Shown: piece by piece, positions 49,484 through 62,989 of the stretch
Numbering within the stretch: position 1 is the first letter of the stretch
Layout: the number at the start of each line of letters is the position of its first letter
Assembly: GCA_026770705.1 (NCBI GenBank)
Contig: JANJGN010000926.1
Span: 124,001-188,000, forward strand
DNA: 64,000 nt
Source: Isurus oxyrinchus
Taxonomy: Eukaryota
Direction: 5' to 3'
The notes under the pieces: generated by a model
The model's database searches: none
What the model was told of the DNA's origin: nothing
What the model saw: the letters and a program-made list of their open reading frames with translations, nothing else
Translations under genes and position numbers: made by a program

Positions 49484-50872
49484 CTGTAAAAACAGCCATT
49501 AATTACTGCACTACAGGTTTACAATGATGCTCCGATGTATCTCGAGAAGCGATACACTCACTCAATGTTTAAATACTCATTCTCGGGCAATGCTGACATT
49601 TATTGTCCATCCCTAGTTTCCCCTTGAGAAGGTGGTGGGGGGTCTTCCTCCTGAACCACTGGTTTGTCCCAAACTGGGAGACCAGCTCAGAGGGCAGGTA
49701 AGAGTTAACCATGTTGGTGTTACAGACTGGAGTCACATATACACCCAGACCTGTTAAAATGGACAGGTTTCCCTCCCTTAAGATAATTAGTGACCCATAT
49801 TATATATGTAATTTCTATTTTTATGTATCAACTACCCTCCCTAAAATAATCAATTATCACCTCAATTTCACGCTGTTGTTTGTGGGATCTTGCTGTGCAC
49901 AAATCAGCTGTTGCGTTTCTTACATGATGACAGTGAGCTCACTTTGAAACTGCTTCACTGGTTATCGAGCGTTTTGGGAATTCCTAAGTATTTTATCAAC
50001 GCAAGTCTTATATTTCGATTTAATCCATGTAACATTTATATATAATATTTATCAATGTGATCCCTATAGCATAAATTTATAATATTTATCAATATAATCT
50101 ATGTAACATTTATATATAATTTTTATCCATTTAATTTCTGTAATATTTATATATAATGTTTCTCGATTTAATCCATGTAACATTTATATATTATATTTAT
50201 CCATGTAATATATGTAACATTTATATCTAATATTTATCCATTTAATCTGTGTAACATTTATATTTAATTTTTCTCAATGTAATCTATAACATTTATATAT
50301 ATTTTTCAATATAATCCATGTAACATTTATATATAATATTTATCAATGTAATATATGTAACATTTATATATAATATTTATCAATGTAATATATGTAACAT
50401 TTATATATATTTATCCATTTAATCTATGTAACATTTATATATAATATTTCTCGATGTTATCTATGTAACATTTATATATAATGTTTCTCGATGTAATCTA
50501 TGTAATGTTTATATATAATATTTAGTCGTTTGGGAGGAGAACCTGAGTATTGCTGAGAAAGGACATTTTGTCAAAGCTTTCTGTCTTGCACCCAATGAAG
50601 CAGCTTATCTGGGGGAGAGGGTTCCAGATTTCCACTCCCCTTTGTGTGAAGAAGTGCTTCCTGACATCACCCCCTGAACGGCCTGGCTCCAAGTTGACCA
50701 AGTGTTGCCATTGTCACATGAGGTCAGGTGATTCAAAGCTTGGTCAAAGGGGTAAGTTGTACACAGCATCTTAGAGGAGGTAGAGAGAGAGGTGGAGAGG
50801 TTGAGGGAGGGAATTCTCGAGTTTAGGGATCAATCCAGCTGAGTGGAGATCGATCCTGAGCGAGTCTCTCAC

Positions 50873-51166
50873 CTTTGACCCACAGATAAACCTTGAACAT
50901 GGCTTCCCCGTGTGGGTTTTGAACCGAGCAGGATGCAATCACTCCCCCCTCATCCTGGGGTCTCATCAGGGTGAGGGAACCAGTCACCAGATGCCCATCT
51001 CTGACCTGCCACGACACAAAACCTCCGTGTGTTTGGTTACCACTGATGTTGGCACTGGGCAGGTGCCAGGTGAGGTCTCCGGGTGGGTTGGAGTTGGCCA
51101 CACAGACGCAGGTGACCCCCTCTGATCTCCGAGTGCACTCCGACTGCTGGGAAATCTCCGGCTTAT
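50873..51166 (-). CDS. Gene B membrane-proximal MAG-D5-like C2 exon
   Basis: 294 nt, phase 1/1, open. Confidence 0.88.
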
Positions 51167-53230
51167 CTGAGGAGGGAAGGACAACAATGAGACAACGTCA
51201 TAGCAAAGTTAGAGCGTAAGATAGAATCTTAACACTGAAACACTCATTCCTGCCTTTGTTACCTCCGCACTCAACTATCCCAACACTCTCCTGCCCGACC
51301 TCCCATCTTCCACTCTCTGTAAACATCAGCTCAACCCAAACTCTGCTGTCCCCATGTCCTAACTCACACCAAATCCTGTTCACACATCACTCCCTGTTGG
51401 TCACTGAGCTACACTGGCTCCCGGTCCGACAATGCCACAATTTTAAAATTAACATCGTTTCAAATCCCTCCTTACCCCCTCCCTATCTCTGTTACCTCCT
51501 CCAGACCCTTCAACCCTCCCTATCTCTGTAACCTCCTCCAGCCCCTTCAACACTCCCTATCTCTGTAACCTCCTCCAGCCCGTTCAACCCTCCCTATCTC
51601 AGTAACCTCCTCCAGCCCCTACAACCTTCCTTATCTCTGTAAACTCCTCCAGCCCCTACAACCTTCCTTATCTCTGTAAACTCCTCCAGCCTCTACAACC
51701 CTCTGAGATCTCTGTGCACCTCCAATTCCAGCCTCTTGACATTCCCCCGATTCCTATCGCTCCACCATTGGCGGCCGTGCCTTCAGCTGCCTGGATCCTA
51801 ACCTCTGGAATTCCCTCCCACATTTATCACCTCCTTCGGACAAAATCTGACCACCATCAAAAGCATCTTCCCTTCACCCCCACCCTGTTGGCATTCCACA
51901 GGGATCATTCCCTCCAGGACACCCTGGTCCACTCCTCCATCACCCCTAGCACCTCAACCCTCTCCGATGACATCTTCCCATGCATTTGCAGAAGGTGCAA
52001 CACCTGCCCCTTTACTTCCTCCCCCCTCACTGTCCAATGACCCAAACACTCCTTCCAGGTGAAGCAGCGCTTCATGCAGACTTCCTTCAATATAATCTAC
52101 TGCATTCACTGCTCCCAATGTGGTCTCCTCTACATGGGACAGACCACACAGACTGGGTGATCGCTCTGATGAACACCTTCGGTCTGTCCACAAGCATGAC
52201 CCAGACCTCCCTGTCGCTTGCCATTTTAACACCCTACCCTGCTCTCATGCCCACATGTCCGTCCTTGGCCTGCTGCATTGTTCCAGTGAAGCCCAACACA
52301 AACTGGAGGAACAGCACCTCATCTTCCGACCTGGCACTTTACAGCCTTCCGGTCTGAATATTGAGTTCAACACTTTCAGATCATGAACTCTCTCCTCGAT
52401 CTTCACTGCTTTTTGAACCCTTTTTTATGTATTCATTTTAATTGTTTTATTTGTTGACTGTTTTCCACTTATTTTTATTATTATTATTTGAAATTCATTT
52501 CCATTTTTATTGATTGTTTTATCCGCAGATTTTAGTCTATTTTCGATCTTTATTCCCTCCACCGTCCCCTCCCCCCTCCACACCCCCACGAGGGCCATCT
52601 GTCTCTGTCCAGAGTGCTTACCCTGGTCCGCCCATTATCACACTCTGCTTAATGTCACCATTAGCACCTCCTTTATCCAATACCACCACTGTTAACAACC
52701 CTTTGACCTTTTGTTTATGACATCTTCCACAATCTCTCCATTGCCTCCACATATCGCTGGTTTTCTATCCAGCTCCACCTGTCCCATCGCCCCCCCTTAG
52801 ACAGGATATATTTCACCACATGTCTACTTCCCTTTAGCTCTGAAGAGGAGTCTTACGGACTCCAAACGCTAACCCTGTCTTTCTCTCCACAGATGCTGCC
52901 AGATGCTCAGAATCAGCTGGATGGACAGAAAGACCAATGAGTGGCTTAGATCAAGAGGAGACGTTCAGCAATTAAAAGGGTTGTTCAGGACAGTTAGAGA
53001 GAGAAAGGTCGTCAAGTACGGAGATTGGAAACGAAGACCTGACAGCCTTGTCCTGACAACCATTGAAGGAGAAACTGAGAGCAAAAACAGAAAGGGAGAG
53101 GAAAAATTGGATGTGTGGATAACGTGGACTGAGCGAGGATTGAAGAAAACTGGATTAAAAACAACACGATCCCAATGGCTCCACGGAGACCACGGAGACA
53201 ACAACCAAACAAATGTATCTCCACACTCAC

Positions 53231-53512
53231 ATTCCACAGTGATGGTTATGAACCCCTTCACTGCTCCATGTTCATTCTCTGCCACACACTGATAGTCTCC
53301 AGTGTCCCTGGATGTAACGTGAGGAATCACCAACCACAGCTCATTGTTGGAACTTGTTCTGTTCATTGGGACATTAAGATGTCGCCACGTCAGGTTAGAA
53401 GCTGGGAAGCTCTCGACAGAGCAGATTATCACTGCAGAATTCCCCTCAATTATATTGATTGATGAAGCGTTAATCATATCAAGAGAAGTAATTGAGAGAT
53501 TCTGTGGTCCAT
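53231..53512 (-). CDS. Gene B third Ig C2 exon (single copy)
   Basis: 282 nt, phase 1/1, DGPQNLSITS...DTGDYQCVAENEHG. Confidence 0.9.
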
Positions 53513-56500
53513 CTAAAAATATATAAAGATTTTAATGTGAGCAAACACAGTGCACAGCAAAACTTCCTGTATCATCTCGCTGTAGCTGATGCCTGTGTGC
53601 ATTTCTAGGCACCTTCTCTCAAGATAAGTTCCTATGTCACATTTACATTGGGCACTGCCTATGTAAACTGTCACACTGCAGGAGCATTCTCCCACCAGAG
53701 ACCCTGCCCATCCAGATTTAAAGAAACTCCCTTTCACATCCTCAGGATGTCCCCAAGGGCTTGACAGGCAATGAATTATATTTGATTGATGGAGCACTGA
53801 GGGGTAAATCTACAATTCTCTGTTCAGGAGGTTGCTCATCCAATTCAGGGTCTTGTTGATCCGGAGTTTACCTTCCTTCAACACAGAATCAGAGCTGATA
53901 CCGAGACTCCAGTGCAGCACTGAGAGANNNNNNNNNNNNNNNNNNNNNNNNNNNNNNNNNNNNNNNNNNNNNNNNNNNNNNNNNNNNNNNNNNNNNNNNN
54001 NNNNNNNNNNNNNNNNNNNNNNNNNNNNNNNNNNNNNNNNNNNNNNNNNNNNNNNNNNNNNNNNNNNNNNNNNNNNNNNNNNNNNNNNNNNNNNNNNNNN
54101 NNNNNNNNNNNNNNNNNNNNNNNNNNNNNNNNNNNNNNNNNNNNNNNNNNNNNNNNNNNNNNNNNNNNNNNNNNNNNNNNNNNNNNNNNNNNNNNNNNNN
54201 NNNNNNNNATGTGCGTGCTTACGTGTGTGTGTGTGTGTGTGTGTGTGCGTGCGTGTGTGTGTTGTGTGTGTGCGCGTGTGCGTGTGAATGTGCGTGCTTA
54301 CATGTGTGTGTGTGTCTGTTGATGTGTGTCTGGTCTGTGTAACCTGTAAACCTAACCCTTCCACACTGATGGTCACGAACACCCCCCACTACCAACAAAT
54401 TTATCTCAGTAAGGAACATGGCACTGCCAACCTCGTCAATACCATCTTCTAAACAGGGGATTGGGTAGGAATCTGGTTTTATTGCTGCATTAACCTTTCT
54501 GTAATCTATGCAGAATCTGGTTGGAAATGAAATACCTGCTCCTTTTTACCTCCCTCCCTCCGATGGTATCGTTTTAACATATTGATGTGTCACAGCCGAT
54601 TCTTTATTCTACAATCTGGGGTGTCTATCAAATAATTTACTTGACCAACCCTCCTAATTACCTTGTAGGGACCACTGAACCGCGCTTTCAGAGGCTCCCC
54701 CTGCCAAGGCAATGATACTAACACGTCATCCCCCTGGTTGTGATGTTCGGGTCACAGCTTGCCTGTCTGCCCCATTCCTTCATCTCTGTTTGAGAAACTA
54801 TAAGATGTTCTTGTGCCACTTTGGAGGCTCCCATGAGCCGTTCCTGAAACATGGACACATCATCTGAAATAGAGGATTCATCCCTCTGTCCGGAATATCT
54901 TTCTTTGATGTATTTCAGACAGCCTCTTATCTCGTGTCCATAAGTTATTCCAAAAAGACTAAAACCTGCCGATTCAGTTGGTGAATCTCATGTGGGAAAT
55001 ACAAGAAAATCCAGTCCTTTGTCCCAGTCATGGGGAGATCATGACAATAGCTTCAATCATTGTTTTGAGGGTTTGTTGGTCCCTCTCTAAAGATCCCTGT
55101 GTCTATGGATGATATGCTGTGGACTTTAACTGTTTTATACCCAAATTACGCATTATGTTCGGAATATTTTAAGACATAGAGATGGAACCTTGATCTGACT
55201 GGATCTCCAGCAGTAATCCATAATGGGTAAAAAATTGGGTTAACTTCCCTATTACTACTTTAGCTGTAATTGTTCCTAAAGGGATGGTCTCTGGAAATCG
55301 AGTTGTCATATCCATCATAGTGAGGCCATACTGGAGTCCGGCTTTCATTTTCGATAATGTTCTAATACAGTCCACTAATGCTCGTATCCAATGGTAACGG
55401 ACAATTAACTCACTGGAGGAGGGGAATCCACAAATATCCCCATCCTCAATGAAGGGGGAGCCCAGCACATCAGGGCAAAAGATAAGGCTGAAGCATTTGC
55501 TACAACAATTATCCATTTCTGTCTGGCGTAAAAATAAATCAGGAAATGGTGCTCAACCAGGGCTTACAAAAGAAATTAGGGATAGTATTAGATCCAGAGA
55601 GGAGACATAAAATTGCCAGGGGAAGCAGCAATGCTGAGGATTGGGAGCAGTTTAGAATTCAGCAAAAGTGGACAAAAAGATTGATCAAGAAGGGGAAAAT
55701 GGAACATGGGAGTAAACTTGCAGGGAACGTAAAAACCGACTGTAAAAGCTTCTATAAATATGTGAAGAGAGAAAGATTAGCAGTGACCGATGTAGGTTCC
55801 TTGCAGTCAGAAATGGGGGAAATTCTAATGAGAAACAAAGAAATGGCAGAAGAACTGAACATATATTTTGGTTCTGTCTTCACAAAAGAGGACACAAATA
55901 ATTTCCCAGGAATGTTAGGGAACCAAGTGTCTAGTGAGAGGGAGGAATTGAAGATAATCAGGATTAGTTTTAAAAAATGGAGCTGGAGAAATTAATGGGT
56001 TAAAGGTTGAACAGTCCCCAGGGCCTGAAAATCTACATCCCAGAGACTAACGGAAGTGACCCTGGAAATATTGGAAGCACTGGTGGTCATCCTCCAAAAT
56101 TCTATAGGCTCTGGAGCAGTTCCTATAGATTGGAGGGTGGCAATTGTAACTCCACTATTTAAAATAGAAGGGAGAGAAAAAAACTGGGAATTACAGATCA
56201 GTTAGTCTAACATGGGGAAAACGCTAGAGCCTATTATATAAGGTGTGCTAACGGAACGCTTGGAAAGCATTAATGGGATTAGACAAAGTCAGCATGGGTT
56301 AATGAAAGGAAAATCATGCTTAACTAATCTACTGGAGATTTTGAGGATGTAACTTGTGGAATAGATAAGGGATAACCAGTGGATGTGGTGTTTTTAGATT
56401 TCAAGAAGGCTTTTGATAAGGTCCCACATAAGAGGCTAGTGGGCAACATTAAAGCCCATGGGATTGGGGGTAATTTACTGGCATGGATTGAGAATTGGGT

Positions 56501-57940
56501 CGACAGACAGGAAACAGAGGGTCAGAATAAATTAGTCTTCATCTGAGTGGCAGGCGGTGACTATTGGTGTACCACAGGGATCCGTGCTTGGGACCTAACT
56601 ATTCACGATATATTTAAATGACTTGGGTGAGGGAGCCAAGTGCAATATTTCCAGGTTTTCTGATGACATAACGCTGGGTAAGGGTGTGAGCTGTGAGGAA
56701 GATGCAAAGAGGCTTCAAGGCGATTTAGACAAGTTGTGTGTGTGGGCAAACACATGGCAGATGATGTGGATGAATGTGACATTGTAGGCTTTGGTGTGAA
56801 AAACAGAAAGGCAGAGTATTATTTAAATGGTGATATATTGCGAAATGTGGATGTACAAAGGGATCTGGGTGTCCTTGTGCACTAGCCAATGAAAGTAAAC
56901 AGGCAGGTGCAGCAAGTAATTCGGAAGGCAAATGGTATGTTGGCCTTCATTGCAAGAGGATTTGTGTTCAGGAGTAGGGATGTCTTACTGCAGTTATACA
57001 AGGTCTTGGTGAGACTGCACATGGGGTACTACGTGCCGTTTTGGTCTCCCTCCCTAAAAAAGGATAGACTTGCCATCGAGAGAGCGCAGAGAAGGTTCTC
57101 TAGGCTGATACCAGGGGCGGCAGGACTGTCGTATGAGGAGAATTGGTACGACTGGGTCTATATTCACTAGAGTTTAGAAGAATGAGAGGAGACCTGAATA
57201 AACGTAAGAAATTCTAACAGAGATAGACAGACTGGATGGAGGGAGGATGCATCCCCTGGTTGGGGAGTCTAAAACCAAGGGCGACAATCTCAGGATACAG
57301 GGCAGGCCATTTTGGACTGAGATAGGGAAACATTTCTTCACTCAGAGGGTGGTCAATCTGTGGAATTCTCCATCACAGAGGCTGTGGAGGCCGGGTCACT
57401 GAGTGTATTCAAGAAAGAAACTGATAAATATTTTGATATTAGGGGCATCAAAAGGTACGGAGAGAAAGCGGGAATAAGGCTTTGAGATAGAGGGTCAGCC
57501 TTGATCATATTGAATGGCGGAGAAGGCTTGAAGGGCTGAATGTCCTAATCCTGCTCCTAGTTTCCATGTACCTAGGTATCTATAGAACTATCTCTCTCCG
57601 TGTTCTATTCTCATGTGACCTTGAGTAACTGATGATAAATACTATCTATTTACATTGTTAATATTAAACTTTTATACTACATCTCCCCCAAAATCTTTGA
57701 CATCAATGAAGACAATATTTATATTATCCTATTTGTCTTTTAAGTTCAACCTTGGCCCCCTCTGCCCTATCAGGTAGGCATAAACAATCCCGAGGCTCAA
57801 TACAGGAAGAGCTCTCCCTGGTCAATATCACTAATAAAAAAGGACCTGTTTTGTCTTCAACCCAGTGATGTTTGTGGGATCTTGCTCTGCACATTGTATC
57901 CTATTACAGCTAATATAGAATCAAGGGTGTCTGTACTTAC

Positions 57941-58237
57941 CTTGCACAGTTAGTACGAGGGTCCGCTCCGATGAAACAGATGGATATCTCACTCTGCAGC
58001 TGAGAGTGTGTCCGTGGTGTTTGAGTGATGGGATCAGGGTCAGAACAGAAGTATAGGTCAGAGTGACACCATGCTGAGTTACAGTGTTTGAGACTGATCC
58101 AGGTACGTCAGTGGGAGTGTCCCAGGTTAAGACAGGTGCTGCTGTTCCATTGCACGTTGTGTTGAAGGTGCAGCTCACATCCACACGCTTTCCTGCAATA
58201 ATTTCAGCAGGGAATATCGTGGGTGTATCTGTGAAAT
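57941..58237 (-). CDS. Gene B Siglec domain-2-type C2 exon
   Basis: 297 nt, phase 1/1, open. Confidence 0.92.
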
Positions 58238-59050
58238 CTAACAGACAGAGAATGGATCCTTTTAGAGAAATATAACATGAAGCATCAGTTCAAATAGAAA
58301 GCACAGTCCCACAAGAGAAAGCAATTTTACAAGGATGATATCAGATCTGAGAGGATACAATGATCAGGAGAGAATTTCCTATTTTCAGACTTAGTGGAAT
58401 TTCTGTCTCTCAGATGAATTCACTTCCACTTTGAGACAATTGAATTGACAATCCCGGGTGAGGGCGGGGGAGCAGCTCACAGTTCCTGACACACTGGCTT
58501 GTTACTTTCTCCAAAATCTGCCAGATTTAAATTCTATCCTGTCGCCAGCAGGAGAGAATCCATTTGAACCAATCACTGAACCGGCATTTAAAACAGATGA
58601 TCAGGTTATTGATCACATTGCTGTTTCTGGGAGCTTCCTGTGCACAAATTGGCTGCTGTGTTTCCCATATTACAACAAGGGCTACATTTCAACAATTATT
58701 TCAATGGTTGTGAATCCATTTGCGACGTCCAGAGGTGGTGAAAGGTGCTATAGAAATGCAAATCTTTCTTTTGTTGATATGTAAGAATTTTAAACAGGAT
58801 TAGGGAGATTGATGTAAGTGGATAACCTGATAACATTGATGGACACAGTCAATACATTTAATCATTGTTATTAAAGTGAGTATTAGAGGTTGTTTTCGGA
58901 CTGAACTGGAAGCTATTAGCAGGTTATTGAGAATCAGACAGTGTGTTATAATAAGCTGTGTTTTGTGTTAATATGTAAATGTCACAGTTTGTGTTAATTC
59001 CCATTGAGTGTTGAATGTGAATTGTTGAGTAATTATAACATAGCACTTAC

Positions 59051-59419
59051 CAGAAACGTGAAGCTGGGTTACAGGGTAATAGTTATGGCTCGGACCATTG
59101 TCAAATTCTATTCTGAAAAAATAAGGTCCTGCATCTTCCCGTCTGATGTTGTTTATAATCAGGGAACAGTCGCCATCTTTCAGGTCTCCTGACAGCCGGG
59201 TCCGATGGTGGAACCGTGGTAACTCGTGACTGTGATCCTTGGAGTGAAAGGCAATGGGAGCCCAGGGAATCTGTTCCTCATTATTAAACCAGACTCCACC
59301 ACGCGGTTGGTTTTCCAGACACGTTGGATAACTGTAATGACATGGAATCTGTACACACGAACCTTCCTGTGCTGTCACCTCTCGTGGACTGTCACCTTTC
59401 CACTCTTGTGAGGGTTCAG
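59051..59419 (-). CDS. Gene B V-set exon (essential Arg retained)
   Basis: 369 nt, phase 1/1, GSCVQIPC / DCSLII / YFFRIE. Confidence 0.93.
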
Positions 59420-62400
59420 CTGGGGAGAGAAATCTCAATATTGAACTCTGGATGGTTTGTGGATCCACTAGACTCAAAATTTACTGATGAGGCTGAATTG
59501 GGGGGATGGTCAATACTGAGGAAAATGGCAACAAATTAATTTGGCAGGAAGAATAGAAAAACAGGATATTATTTAAATGGAGACAGGATGCAGAATGCAG
59601 TACAGAGGGATCTGGGTGTCCTTGTACATGAATCACAGAAAGTCAGCATTCAGGAACACCACGGAATGAGGAAGGCAAGTGGAATGTTGGCCTTTATTGC
59701 AAAGGGATGGAGTATAAAAGGAGGGAAGTCTTGCAACAGCTGCACAGGGTGAGATTGTATCAGGAGCAGTGTGTACAGTTCTGGTCTCCTTACTTAGGGA
59801 GGGATAGACTTGCATTGAAGGCAGTTCAGAGAAGCTTCACTGGGCTGATTCCTGGGATTAAAGGGTTTGACCTGTGAGGAAATGTTGAGCAGGTTGGGCC
59901 TGTATCCATTGGAGTTTAGAAGAATGAGGGGTGAGCTTATTGAAACATATCCGATTCCGAGGGGGCTTGACAGGGTGGATGCTGGGAGGATGTTTCCCCC
60001 TCGTGGGGGAATCTAGAACCAGGGAGCACAGTTTCGGAATGAGGGCTCTCCCATTTAAGACTGAGATGAGGAGGAATTTCCTCTCTCAGAGGGGCGCTAG
60101 CCTGTGGAATTCTCTTCCCCAGAGAGCAGTGGAGGCTGGGCCATTGAATAGACTCAAGGCTGAGTGAGGCAGGTTTTTGATCGACAAGGGAGTCAAGGGT
60201 TTGGGGAACAGGCAGGAAAATGGAGTTAAGGCCACAACCAGATCAGTGAGAGCAGGCTCGAGGGGCCGAATGGCCTGCTCCTGTCCCTATTTCTTATGTT
60301 CCTACATTCTTACCTTCTTAAAATATTAAAGCTGCAGAATAAACATGCAAGTGACTGACCCGCTCGACCCACCTTCCATCAGGGGCTGGAGGAGGTTACA
60401 CAGATAGGGAGGTTTGTGGGGGCTGTAGGAGGTAACAGAGATAGGGAGGGCTGTAGATACTGGAGGTGGTTACGCAGATAGGGAGGGTGGTAGGACCTGG
60501 AGGAGGTTGCGGAGATAGGGAGGGCTGTAGGGATTTGAGGAGTTTATGGAGATGGGGAGCGTGTAGGGACTGGAGGAGGCTGCAAGGGCAGAGAGGGTTT
60601 TAGGGGCAGGAGGAATTTACAGGGATAGGAAGAGTTGTAGGGGCTGGACGGATTGCAGAGGTAGGGAGGGTTGGAATGGCTGGTGGAGGTTTCAGAGGTA
60701 GGGAAGGGTTGCAGGGACTGGAGGGGTTTACAGAGATGGGGGAGTTTTTGGGGCAGGATGGGGTTACAGAGATAGGGAGGGTTGTAGGGGCAGGACGATG
60801 TTACATAGATATGGAGTGTGGCTGGGGCTGAGGGAGGCTACAGAGATAGGGAGGGTTATAATGGCTGGAGGAGGTTACAGAGATAAAGGAAACTCTTAGG
60901 GACTGGAGGAGGTTACAGAGATAGGGAGGGTTGTAGTGGGCTGGAGGAGGTTACAGAAATATGAAGGGTTGTAAGAGATGGACCAGCTTACAGAGATAGG
61001 GAGAGGTATTTGGTCTGGAGAAGGTTGCAGAGATAGGGGAGGTTGTTAGGACTGGAGGAGGGTACAAATATCGCGAGGGTTATCGGGGCTTGAGGAGGTT
61101 AAAGAGATAGGGAGGGGTGTTGGGTCCGGAGGAGTTTGCAGTGATAGGAATGGTTTTCGGGATTGGAAGAGAGTACTGAGATAGGAGGGTTGTAGGGACT
61201 GGAGGAGACTCCTGAGATAGGGAGGGTTGTAGGGACTGGAGGAGGCTCCTGAGATAGGGAGGGTTGTAGGGACTGGAGGAGGCTCCTGAGATAGAGAGGG
61301 TTGTAGGGACTGGAGGAGGCTCCTGAGATAGGGAATGTTGCCGTGGATGAAGATAAAGGAGGAGATTACTGTAATAGGGAGGAAAAATATTCAAAAATTT
61401 GGACATTGAGACTTTGCTTGACCAGGAGCCAGTCTCGGTCATCGAGCAGAGCGGGTGATAAGGGAACGGGACTTGGTGTGAGTAAGGACGTGGTCAGCAG
61501 TTTTGGATGGCCTCAAGTTTATGGAGTGTAGAGCGTGTGTTGGAACAGTCGAGTCTGGAGGTAATGAAGGCGTGGATGAGGATTTCAGCAGCAGATGAGC
61601 TGAGACAGGGTGATGTCGTGCGATGTTACGGAGGTAGAAATAGACGGTGTTAGTGAGGGCGCAGATATGAGGCCGGAAGCTCATCTCAGGATCAAATGGG
61701 ACAACAAAGCTGTGAACAGATTGGCTTCAATCTCAGAGAGCTGTCAGGGAGAGGAATGGAGTTGGTAGCGAGGGAACAGAGTTTGGAGCGGGGAATGAAG
61801 GCAATGGCTTCAGTCTTTCCAATATTTAATTGGAGGGAATTTCTGCCCATCCAGTACTGGATGTCGGATAAGCAGCCTGATAATTTAGCAGCAGTGGAGG
61901 AGTCGAGAGAGGTGGTGGTGAGGTAGAGCTGGGCATCCTCAGTGGACAGGTGAAAACTAACACTGTTCAGATAATGCTGCAAAGTCATTGCAAGTGATTC
62001 TCTGGCTACGATGAGATGGATAAGAATGGAGCCAGGGGAGAGCAGTCCCACCCAGCTGGACGACAGTGGACAGGTGTTGGAGGAGGATGGTGTGGTCGAG
62101 CGTGTCAAAGGCTGCAGACAGATCGAGAAGGACGAGGAGGGAAAGTTGACCTTTGTCACAGTCACACAGGATGCCATTTGTGACCTTGATAAGAGCTGTT
62201 TCAGCACAGTGGCTGGGGTGGGAACCTGATTGGAGGGATTCAAACATGGAGTTCCGGGAAAGATGGAACCGGATTCGGGAGATGGAAACACGTTCAAGGA
62301 CTTTGGAGGGGATAGAGAGGCTGGAGATGGGACAGGGGTTTACACGGACAGTGTGAGGGGTGGAAGGTGTAGTGGGGAGGAGACTCTTCACTCAGGGGGG

Positions 62401-62611
62401 AGGTGTCATCACCCCTCAGCTCGGTTTACGTTACAGCTATGATGTGGATTCAATCACACACAATAAGCTCATGGATCTGGGAGCAGAAATAGGCAAATCA
62501 TTAAAAATAGTGACGCTGGTTAACACGACCAAAAAACAAGCAAATCAAACACTATTATTTCCCATTGAGTGTTGGATGTGAATTGTTGAGTAATTATAAC
62601 ACAGCACTTAC

Positions 62612-62989
62612 CAGAAACGTGAAGCTGGGTTACAGGGTAATAGTTATGGCTCGGACGATTGCCAAATTTTATCGTGAAAAGATAATGTCCTGCATCTTCC
62701 CGTCTGATGTTGTTTATAATCAGGGAACAGTCACCATCTTTCAGGTCTCCAGACAGCCAGGTCCGATGGTGGAACTGTGATAACTCGCGACTGTGACCCT
62801 TGGAGTGAAAGGCTATAGACCATTTAGACCATTTGTTCCGTATGTATCTTCTCATTTTCCAGATTCAGACCTGTGGTTTCTTTACCAAATCTGATGGATA
62901 ACTGTAATGACATGGTATCTGTACACACGAACCTTCCTGCGCTGTCACCTCTCGTGGAGTATCACCTTTCCACTCTTGTGACAATCCAA
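62612..62989 (-). pseudogene. Gene B upstream pseudo-V exon (in-frame TGA at 62865-62867; essential Arg replaced, HYLFTIK)
   Basis: 378 nt with intact splice sites, positional equivalent of gene C V1. Confidence 0.88.

Noticed and set aside
16158-62989. Multiple V exons as rearranging Ig/TCR/NAR V segments
   Set aside because: Each V includes its own G strand, ends in a GT donor, lacks the F-strand YYC and has no adjacent heptamer-spacer-nonamer RSS; the motifs are Siglec-type
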